A DNA stretch of 64,000 nucleotides from Takakia lepidozioides (taxonomy: Eukaryota; Plantae; Bryophyta), in NCBI GenBank assembly GCA_030704615.1, contig CM060731.1, forward strand, positions 45,818,001 through 45,882,000, written 5' to 3'. The position numbers and the translations under genes are program-made. Shown piece by piece: positions 23,458 to 33,054 of the stretch. The notes beneath the pieces were generated by a model. It did no database searches. It had not been told where the DNA came from and saw only the letters and a list, made by a program, of their open reading frames with translations. Numbering within the stretch: position 1 is the stretch's first letter; every line of letters begins with the position of its first letter.

Positions 23458-26212
23458 CCACAAAATTGAGGTGATACCGGGATCGGAACCGCCTGCCAAG
23501 GCGCCCTACCGGTTGAGCCACAAAGAGTTGGTCGAGCTGAAGACTCAGCTCAAAGATCTAATGTCAAAGGGGTACATCCGGCCGAGTAAGTCACCTTACG
23601 GAGCCCCGGTGCTATTTGCAGACAAGAAGGATGGGACGCTGCGGATGTGTGTCGATTACAGGGCTCTGAATAAGGTGACTATCAAAAACCGGTACCCTTT
23701 GCCAAGGATCGACGACCTCTTCGATCGGTTGGCAGGAGCGAAGTATTTCAGCCGGATCGACTTGCGCTCCGGCTATCACCAAATTCGGGTGGCGGAAGGA
23801 GATGAGGAGAAGACCGCGTGCAGGACAAGGTATGGTTCATATGAGTTCTTGGTGATGCCTTTTGGGCTCACCAATGCACCAGCGACATTTAGCACGCTGA
23901 TGAACAGCCTTTTCCAGGAGTGGTTGGATGACTTTGTGATCGTGTACATCGACGACATCTTGGTGTACTCGAAAACAAAGGAGGAGCACCTGGAGCACCT
24001 CAAAAGGGTGTTCCAAAAATTGCGAGAAGGGAAGCTGTATGCCAAAGCTTCAAAGTGCGAATTCGGGGTCACAAAAGTGGAGTTCTTGGGGCACGTGATT
24101 ACACAGAATGGGATCAAAATGGATGACAGAAAGGTGAGGGCGATCTTGGACTGGGAGCCTCCGACTTCGGTCTCGGGAGTGCGATCCTTCCTAGGACTCG
24201 CCTCCTATTACCGGAAGTATGTGAGAAATTTCGCCAAGATCGCGGGGCCGCTGTCGGACCTTCTGTGTAAATCCAAAGTCTGGGTATGGAACACATTTTG
24301 TGGCCAAGCTTTTGCTGAATTGAAGCAGCGGATGACGGAAGCTCCAGTCTTAAAAATCCCGGAGTTCGATCGTCCGTTTGAGATTCATACAGATGCATCG
24401 GACTTCGCAATTGGGGGTGTACTTATGCAAGATGGACGTCTAGTGGCTTACGAAAGTAAGAAACTGAATGAAGTGGAGCGACGGTGGCCGACGCACGAAA
24501 AAGAGATGAAGGCGGTGGTACATTGCCTTGAACTCTGGCGCCACTATGTTGGTTCCAACCCAGTGAAGGTGTTCACGGACAATGTCACGGTGAAGTATTT
24601 TGCCACGCAGCCCAAGTTGTCCCCAAAACAACTTAGGTGGCAAGATACTTTGGCAGTGTTCGACGTGGATATCCAGTACAAACCGGGACGGGACAATGTG
24701 GTGGCCGATGCTTTAAGTAGAAAGCAGCAGCTCTTGTTGGTGTACAAGGGCGAGACGGCGCTCCAAAGGAAGATCCGGAAGGCTTGCCGGAAGGATGAGC
24801 TGGCAAAGTGCGTGATGCAGAACTTGAGAATGGGGGTTAAATCGCAGTTCCACTTGCAAAACGGACTGCTCCGGTATAAGCAAAAACGTCTCTATGTGCC
24901 AAAGGGAGGGATCAGGGATAGTCTCTTGAGAGAATGCCATGATAGCCCGCTTGCGGGCCACGGTGGAGCCAAGCGCACTGCGGTACTCTTGAAGAAAGAG
25001 TATTTCTGGCCCAAACTGAGGGAGGAGGCAGAGGAGTATGTAAAGACATGCACCACATGCCAACAAAACCGGAGCGAGTATAAAAAGCAAGCGGGGCTGT
25101 TACAACCCTTGCCGATTCCAGAGGGGACTTGGGAAAGCGTCTCGATGGATTTCATGACTGCTATGCCGCTGTCAAAAGGATTCGATGCAATCATGGTGGT
25201 GGTAGATAGGTTCAGTAAAATGGCCCATTTCATCCCCACCAAGGAGACGGCAACTGCGCAGGAGACAGGGCGACTTTACTTCGCCCACGTCTTAAAGCAT
25301 CATGGAGTCCCAAAGGATATTGTCTCGGACCGCGACCCAAAGTTTACGAGTAAATTCTGGAGAGCACTTTGGAAGAAGATGGGGACGAGGCTGAAGATGA
25401 GCACCGCCTTCCGACCTACGACGGACGGCCAAACGGAAAGAGTGAATTCCGTAGTGAAGCAATTCTTGCGGAATTACGTGTCGGCAGACCAATCAGACTG
25501 GATGGAACACTTAGACGCGGCAGAGTTCTGTTATAATAACACAGAACACTCCGCGACGGGAGTTTCCCCTTTTGTGTTGGTCTATGGAAAAGCACCTCTG
25601 GTGCCGACAAGTTGGGCCGCCCAGGACGTTGAGGAACCGGCAGTAGCGGCAGTACTGGAAGAACGCGAGCGTTTGTTGAAGCTCGCAAAGTACAACATTG
25701 CCAAAGCTAGGAAACGGTATGAAAGGCAGGCGAATCGGAAGCGGAGGGAAGTGAAGTTTGAGGCAGGCACAGAGGTCTGGTTGAACATCAAGAATTTTCG
25801 ACTACCTCCGGAAATGAGTCCGAAGTTCGTACCTCCGTATGCGGGTCCCTTTCGCATTCGGAGGGTTATGAATGAGGATGTGTATGAATTGGAGCTGCCA
25901 GCAAACAGCAAGGTGCACCCAGTATTCCATGTCTCCCTTTTGAAGCCTTACTTCAAAGATGAAGCACGTCCGAATCGGCAGCAAGTGTTGCGTCCGCCAC
26001 CTATGCTGTTGGATCATGAAAATGAACCCGAGTACGAGGTGGAGGCAATACTTAAGTCGAGGAGGTTCAAGAACCGAGAAACGGAGTATCTCGTCAAATG
26101 GAAGGGCTATCATCTTGTGGAGGCATCTTGGGTGCGTGCCTCAGAAATGGGAAACGCATCCGAGGCAGTTGCAGCGTTCGAAGGGCGACCTCAAAAGCGG
26201 AAGAAGCGTTGA
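23354..26212 (+). CDS. Pol: RT, RNase H, integrase, chromodomain
   Basis: [25 protein letters not shown] core, [21 protein letters not shown]; uninterrupted 952 aa. Confidence 0.95.
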   Translation: MGSRAQIGSKGFWEKYQDVMPEDLPSGLPPRRGVDHKIEVIPGSEPPAKAPYRLSHKELVELKTQLKDLMSKGYIRPSKSPYGAPVLFADKKDGTLRMCVDYRALNKVTIKNRYPLPRIDDLFDRLAGAKYFSRIDLRSGYHQIRVAEGDEEKTACRTRYGSYEFLVMPFGLTNAPATFSTLMNSLFQEWLDDFVIVYIDDILVYSKTKEEHLEHLKRVFQKLREGKLYAKASKCEFGVTKVEFLGHVITQNGIKMDDRKVRAILDWEPPTSVSGVRSFLGLASYYRKYVRNFAKIAGPLSDLLCKSKVWVWNTFCGQAFAELKQRMTEAPVLKIPEFDRPFEIHTDASDFAIGGVLMQDGRLVAYESKKLNEVERRWPTHEKEMKAVVHCLELWRHYVGSNPVKVFTDNVTVKYFATQPKLSPKQLRWQDTLAVFDVDIQYKPGRDNVVADALSRKQQLLLVYKGETALQRKIRKACRKDELAKCVMQNLRMGVKSQFHLQNGLLRYKQKRLYVPKGGIRDSLLRECHDSPLAGHGGAKRTAVLLKKEYFWPKLREEAEEYVKTCTTCQQNRSEYKKQAGLLQPLPIPEGTWESVSMDFMTAMPLSKGFDAIMVVVDRFSKMAHFIPTKETATAQETGRLYFAHVLKHHGVPKDIVSDRDPKFTSKFWRALWKKMGTRLKMSTAFRPTTDGQTERVNSVVKQFLRNYVSADQSDWMEHLDAAEFCYNNTEHSATGVSPFVLVYGKAPLVPTSWAAQDVEEPAVAAVLEERERLLKLAKYNIAKARKRYERQANRKRREVKFEAGTEVWLNIKNFRLPPEMSPKFVPPYAGPFRIRRVMNEDVYELELPANSKVHPVFHVSLLKPYFKDEARPNRQQVLRPPPMLLDHENEPEYEVEAILKSRRFKNRETEYLVKWKGYHLVEASWVRASEMGNASEAVAAFEGRPQKRKKR

Positions 26213-27118
26213 TGGGGACATCAACCTTGGAGCGTGGGGGAGGAAATGCATGCTTAGCCCGGTTTAGCTAGCTCAGGAATCCGATTGCAAAAACTTGTAT
26301 TGTACAAAAATTTGTGATAAAGGAAATGGGTTCCAAATATTGTGCGTCCTATTGTGTTTGGAATGGTGATGCATGGTGTGGTTGGCTGGTGTGTAGAATG
26401 CATGCTAGCTTACAAAAGTGGGAGAGGTAAATTGGGTTAATCGTGTGTTTGCGCAGTGCCGAAATCGGGTGACTCCCATCCAAGGGGCAAGGAAACTTGC
26501 GCCTTATTTGGGAGTTCAAGTGCTAGTGCGCACCTGGCGCGTGCGCGTACTATAACTGCGCTACCGAGGGGGTTGCCTTGTAATGCGGGCTAACGCGGAA
26601 GCTACGTGCTTCCGTTCACGTACTATAATCGTGTAGCCTCGGGACGAAGTCGTAGTGCGGCTTCGGCGTGTTCCCGTACCTCAGGCCAGCATTCCAAGGC
26701 GGACCCAATTGTAGTGATTGGGGCGCACGGTTGGTTCAAGGTTATCTTCCTAGTCAAAGAGGGTTCCAGGTGAACCCTTGCTCAAGGTGATGCCAAAAGC
26801 GGCATCATGAGCGATCGCAAGCAATGTTGTTGCAGTAAGGCGATTCGATCCTCGGGGAGGATCGTTCCTTGGCCTTGAAGTAGGCCAAGAAGAGTGCACT
26901 GGGAGGAGCTGGAGAGGCTCCACCCTTGGCCGGGACTTGGAGGAAGTCGGCCGAACTAGCTAGTGGAGAGTGGAGTCAAGTGTGGGGTTTGGTTCTTTGC
27001 CATGGGACGCCATGGTACGGAAACAAACTCCTTGATGTGGGACGCCACAACTTGGATGTTCGTTTCTACAAAATGGACAAGTCGATGAGGACATCGACTC
27101 CCTGTTGGTAGGGGTGTG

Positions 27119-27841
27119 TGTCGCGGCCCTTTGCCTTGAGGGCAGGGGGTCGGGACACATGAGGGGCTGCCCCTGTGGTGGGGGCAGCGGCAGCGATAGG
27201 TATGGGGGCTGAAGCACCCTTGAGTGCCCAAGGCACTCAAGGAGGCGGAGGCGCTCACTAGGTGGAGCCCCGCACACCGGGTTGCGGTGGAGGTGGCTCC
27301 ACAAGGGGTGGTGGTAGCTTAGTGGGACTTAGTGGGGGTGGCATAGGACTCACCATGGGGTGGAGACCTCGAGGTGGGAGTCGTGGGGAGTCTTGGGACT
27401 CATCACGGTCCATTGGGGCCGCGGTGAGTGGGCCAAGACTCACCGCGACTCACCACCGGGAGTCGAGGGTTTTCGTGGTGGTTCGCCATAAAATGGCATG
27501 GCTGGTTATGAAACCCCCGCGGACAGCTACAGAAGTATATATAGGGAGTAGTAACCCCGAGAACGGTGCAAGCCCGTTGGTGACCAAAAACTAGTGAGTA
27601 AGCGAGCGAGCCGGAAAGCGACCAAAGAGTGGGGATCTGTTCCGGACTGCCATCTACCAAAGGGAATTCTCCTAGTCCCAAATAGGTGGAGGGTTTAGAG
27701 GGAAGCGGAAGGGGACCGTTATGTCCCGGTGAGCAGCCGAAACTCCAAGTTGGCCCGGCGGCCAGGTTGGGAGTCAGGCGCGCGCATCAAAGCGAGTAAC
27801 TATGACTTGAAGGGGAGTTTACCGAACTGAGGTGTGCGACA
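27119..27841 (+). repeat. 3' LTR (723 bp)
   Basis: By eye it differs from the 5' LTR by one G-run indel and one substitution. Confidence 0.95.
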
Positions 27842-28619
27842 TGATGCTCCCGCACTTAACATACATGTTGACAAAGGTGTTGAGTAGAAAAGCATTTGGC
27901 GTGAATCCACTTTAGATAATGGGAGTGTGCACCTGCTTTCCAGCTTCCAGACCTTCCATCTTGATGCACTTAATCTGAATTTGCTGAAATGCCTCCTTGG
28001 TTTAGAGTCTGTAGAGCCCCTGTCAGTCTGCCTTCCGCACAAACATGCCCAGAAGTGCCAGAAGAGGCATTGTGGACTCCCTCTCTTGATCTTTTTTCAG
28101 AAGCTGCGATCATGATTGAGGTGTCTGATTCTATCAGATGTGCCGCTGCAGCTGCTGCCTTTAGTTGACCATCTACCCATGCAGGTTTATTGTAGCTATT
28201 GATCCACATTGAATCATAGGTCATTTGGAGCTTGAAGTCCGGCCCTCTTGGATGAATCTGTCCACCTACGCACTATCCCTGCTCTTTCAGCTATCCATGC
28301 CTCTACACAAATCATACATACGTCCTTGTCTTGCTATTATCAATTGACAATGATAGCCTAGATTTGTTCTAGGAAACACCCAACTCAACTTATCACACTA
28401 GTTTCTATGCTCAATTGCATCTGCTACTCTCTGTAATCCAACAGGCATTCACCTTTTTGCGATTGTCCCACCATTGATTGGGGTCAGAAAAATATTCATT
28501 CCATAGTTTCTCCTCGTCTTTGTTACCTGTTTCTGCATACTTCCCTGTTGTCACATTGGCAATATCATGTCAAACTCACTCCAAACAAGGTGAAATGTGT
28601 TGAAGAAGGTGCCTTCATT

Positions 28620-28910
28620 AGCAAAGTAAACGTGACCCTGTTGGGTATCACCCCTTCCAGTATCATTTGCTCATAGATCTCCAAAGCCTCCCTACCATAC
28701 CCATGCTGAGCATATCCCGTGATCATGGCGTTCCAAGAGACCACATCTTGTTGAGTTACATTGTCAACACTTTGCGCGCTTCTACATTTAGCATATGGGT
28801 TGTCTCCAGAATGATATCTAACCCAATTCTAGCTTTGATGATGTTAGCATGTACCTCTGTGCCCTTTTCAAGAGCTTGGAGGCTCTTACACGCACAAAGA
28901 ACGCAGAAAA
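28620..28910 (-). pseudogene. PLS-PPR fragment
   Basis: VLCACKSLQALEKGTEVHANIIK..; QQDVVSWNAMITGYAQHGYGREALEIYEQM..GVIPNRVTF in a shifted frame. Confidence 0.75.
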
Positions 28911-31900
28911 ATACCCTCTTGTTTGGGGTGAGCCCTAGGTGTGCCGAATCGCCTCCTCGGTTCACAATGCGCAGCGCCCCTTCAGGCCATTCAAGAAAGC
29001 TTCGGGTCATGAAAGGTTTTGGGTTTTCGGGCAGGCTGGATAGGTCCGACGAAAATTGACGACGACGAAACGTGGCGACGATGACGAGGCACTATGGCAC
29101 CCTATTCCTGCTCTACGCTAAACTAGCTTCCGACCTTCGGTCGTCGCTAGAATTTATCCAACTATATTTACAATTGCTGTCTACGGACCATGCTCTTCAA
29201 TACCTGATAAGTTATATTGACCATGCCTAAAGGCTATGTCAATTTCATTCATCGACACCCCACGGGATTCTTGGATGACAGATTGTGTAACGAATGATAA
29301 CAAAGACAATCATTATCTGAAAGCTTCATGCTCTACATATTTCACTCTTTGCTTCTTTATTTACAGATAACCTGCATCACTGTCCACAAGCCAATGCCCT
29401 CATTCTGGCGATTGCACCATTTCACAAGTGGTCAAGTCAATAATCCCATCTCTGCCCTTGATCTGGCAGCAATTGCTTCTCCACAAGTGCAGCTTTCTAT
29501 AATTGCACATGAATGCAATGGCGGCGGTATCAGTTTGCACACCCTACCTCTGGCAGATGCCCGTCATGATGGAGCTGCTCCATCATCTTAACTAGCCTTT
29601 GATCAAGTGGGCAACCCCACCTTCCTATTCCCTGGCAGCAGGCTGTTTCCCTTGCAAGTTCATCCTCCTTGTCATCGTGGTTATGAGAGTAACGACGGCA
29701 CTGCCGCCCCTCCACCGAGCTGCTTTCCCCACAACTCCTACACCTTCAGCGGTCAAATCACAGGAAGCACCGCCTCTATGCCTTCATTACTTCTGTCAGT
29801 AGTACATGATATTACTTCCCTTGCCCTTGATGAATCGTCCTGCAACACTCCCTCTCTTCAAAGCCATGAAACGATTACTGCACCGCCTCCCTTCTCCTGG
29901 CTTGAGTAAAATTACCTAGCTGTTCCCTGCACGATTACCCTCCAGCAAGCCCTAAGCTTGTGTAGAGGGTACCCATAGGAAAGCTTGGTTTGGTGTGTGC
30001 GTGTGTGTGTCTCTCTCTCGGAGGCACGATCGGTTTTGATTGCAATGTCGATATTAGCATTGTGCTTTTATATGTAAGGTTCAGGCCATGCTCTTACATC
30101 AACACACACTACCATGAAAAGGATTGTTTCATTGACTCTGAGGCAGGAGCATGACGATTTTAGCATGCTTTCCCTGCCACATTGGGTGAAACCCAGAACC
30201 TGCCTATTGGGGTTTAGCGTAGGGTGGAAACAAGTTGTGCAAGGGTATGCCATAACCAAGGTGTACATTTTCTTGTGCCATGGACCAAGGTAGGAGTTAA
30301 ACTTCCCTGAACTTGTTTCTATTCTGTGACATGGGTGAGGACCTTAAGGATGACCTAGTGAAGGCCTACTACCCTTGGCACTAGACTGGAATGTAAACTC
30401 AAGTTGGGAGTCTACCTTCAAACATTAAACAGATGCAGAGAGGCAAGAGAGATTGTGAATGCCTGATGTGGGGGCAGCCTGAAGACCACTATCAGTTTCT
30501 GATACAAAGTTGGGGGTACTATCATCAGTGAGTGACTCTCTTCAAGTACATCAAAGTTCCTGCACCTCTGCTTGCTAACTTTCAAAATCTCGAGGCTGAG
30601 CCTAAAGCCCATGTTGGGGTCTATCTGTCGGGCAGATCAGACACAGCAGATTGATGCTTGTTTGAAGGGCTTTCTAGAGGAAATCTGGAAATACTGAACA
30701 AATTGTTTATATCACGGTAAGTCCCACTACTGGACAAAAGGTTGTGTATGTTCCCTTTTGTTCTGCCCAAACTGGGGGCAGGTTCTATGGCCACAAGGCT
30801 ACGGCCAGCGACGTCTTATGACTACTGACATTCTCTTGTCCCATGGGCTCTCTTTGTCCCCTCTGGATGTTAAAAGTTTCTTTTTTCCTTTGCTCTCTAA
30901 TATTCTACTTGTGTTGCTTGGGTCCCTTAACTTAGGCCTCCTGTTGTTTGTTTGTTTCTTTATTTCTCCCACTTTGAGTCCCTCTAGATGTTGAAGTGCG
31001 GTCTGCTTGGTAAGGGTCCAGATTTCTTTCTTGTATCCTGCTCTCTTAAGCTCTTTGAGCTTCCTGTGGACATCATAAAGTTTCTATCTTTCTTTTCTTA
31101 TTCTTTGTGACACACACATGAACATTTTCTTATTTGTCGCACAACGATTTAGCTTATGAGTTAGGCGGGGGTGGGTTGTTTAGTATATGAAAAACTAATA
31201 GACATAGGGATGGATTGTGGGTGCAGATAAATGGCAGAAGGCCAGATTTGCAGCACAAGGATACCAACGATGCACTGTGGACGGATAGCTACAGGAAAAG
31301 TGCATGGAGATTGTCAACTGGAAGCTGCTGCATTTGTTGCAATCAGGCACTTTGACATCTGGAACAAGTGTACCTGATGGCCCAGATTTGTCACCATGAA
31401 TATCCTTTCTCAATGTCCCACATTCGGACAACCTTCTGCAAATTGCGAGAAAAGAGAGACCTCAAATTCTCTTCTGGCACTCATGAGGATATCAGGACAC
31501 TGTTATGCAGGAAAACTGAAAGATGCCTTACAAGTGTTGACCCAGAGATGCAGTGTGGCAAAGGACAACAGACTTACGGCCAGTGCCTTGGCTAAGATCT
31601 TACAAGAAACATTTTGAATGGTGATTGTTTTATAGTTAGAGATTAAATCTCTCTCCTTTCTTGAAAATTAGGCTATAATCCTTTGAGACTTTTAGGAGGG
31701 CATGGATTTTTTCGTCAAATGTATCATTAGCCATCTCCAAAAAATCAGCTGAGATGATCAGCCATAGGGCCTTGCATCCAGGACTCCATCAATCCCCAGT
31801 GCCTTGAAATCTTTAAGGCTTAACAGCTCGGGTCTTAGAGGGGGGGAGGTCTTCACAAGCCATATTTGTCTCTTCAATGCATTGTTCATAATGACAACTA

Positions 31901-32429
31901 GTAGATTCTAGCTTTAATGTGACCACCTGGAACTTTTTAACAATTTCCAAAGGTCTGGGCCTACACAACTTTGCCTTGATCTGGGTCTGAGCCTTGATCT
32001 CCCCATTGGGGATCCTATGATGCCACCAGTTCAAATCACAATCATCCCATTAGTCAGCGCTCTGCCATTCCTCGGGGATGGAGCGGTGCCAACAAACTCT
32101 CGAATCGAAAAGATGGGTACAAAGGATGTCATCCTTGCCGAGGAAACATCAAAGTCATGGAGAAGCTTCGCCGTTCTTCACACAGAGCACTTGCATAAGA
32201 TTTCCATCACCACAACCCATGTTCACCCCTCAATCATCAGCTCCGAGTGATGGAATACATACATGACAGGCCTGATGCCGGGGTTAACACCCTCAAACAT
32301 AAACCTGCAGCCAGGTCCTAAAGCATGCCCATTCAAGACAAATAATGCAAACTCATAAATATAAGTCTGTGTCTATTATCCTTATATATGTATATATATA
32401 TGTACGTATAAACAATATTCATTTACCCG

Positions 32430-32565
32430 GCCCTGACCCAGACCCTTGTGTCTGATATGTTCATCAACCCAGACCCTGCAGTAAATGAAAAACAATATAC
32501 CCAGACCCTTGTGTCCGATATATTCATCAACCAAGACCCTGCGGGTAAATGAAAAAACAATATAC
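32430..32565. repeat. ~63-bp tandem duplication
   Basis: ACCCAGACCCTTGTGTC..TTCATCAACC..GTAAATGAAAAACAATAT occurs twice. Confidence 0.7.
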
Positions 32566-32786
32566 CCACCCAACACTGGAACATACCTGCCAATAGACTG
32601 TTTTTGTTGTTTGCCATTCCCATCCATCCAGTATGAGTAACAGCTTTTGAATCTTCTTTTATGTAAGCTGAAGACTTGTCGACATTGGAGTGACCCTGGG
32701 ATAGAGGGAGGATCCCAGAAAGCTAGCAAGGCATTGCCTGTGACCCCCAACAAATTGGAGTATGGTGGTTGCTTGTACACATATCA

Positions 32787-33054
32787 TTACCAATACTCCC
32801 CTCAAGAGCACAACCCTTCTTGAAGTGCTGAAAGCGGTTGCCATCCCTTTGCAACAATTTCTTGCCGTGGCAGTGTGAAAGTCCCACATATTCAGAGGTT
32901 CTTGATTTCAGAGGTTCCAGGGGGACTGCTGATGAGGCCAAAAGCAATGGCCAGCTTTTCACTGTGCTAGCAGAGAGCCTGTTCTTTCACCTGCTCATCC
33001 ACATTGTGCAAGACAATGCGTGTGTCAGGTACATATCCCGCCTCCTTCATCTGT
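32787..33054 (-). pseudogene. Out-of-frame, decayed DYW deaminase domain of the PPR gene
   Basis: [74 protein letters not shown]. Confidence 0.88.

Larger units (their letters stand above)
20871..27841 (+). mobile_element. Full-length chromoviral Ty3/gypsy LTR retrotransposon (Galadriel-like), very recent insertion
   Basis: LTRs 20871-21594 and 27119-27841 (TGTCGC...GCGACA). TSD TGATG at 20866-20870 and 27842-27846. PBS present; gag-PR-RT-RH-INT-chromodomain. Confidence 0.97.
20550..28620 (-). pseudogene. PDF-motif + PLS-PPR pseudogene split by the LTR element
   Basis: Exon DEEKLWNEYFSDPNQWWDNRKK, intron, exon IHPRGPDFKLQMTYDSMWINSYNKPAWVDGQL..CAEGRLTGALQTL..VNMYVKCGSI, LTR insertion, then [40 protein letters not shown]. 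Contains in-frame stops. Confidence 0.8.

Noticed and set aside
26213-27118. Hammerhead ribozyme (retrozyme-like) in the chromovirus 3' region
   Set aside because: No CUGANGA...GAAA core was found in a compatible arrangement.
21015-27594. Identical 110-aa Gly-rich ORFs at 21015 and 27262
   Set aside because: They are GC-rich LTR sequence duplicated with the LTRs and show no protein motif.
29330-32300. Possible PPR and L1 remnants (e.g. KALGIDG near 31790)
   Set aside because: Too decayed to delimit or support by eye.
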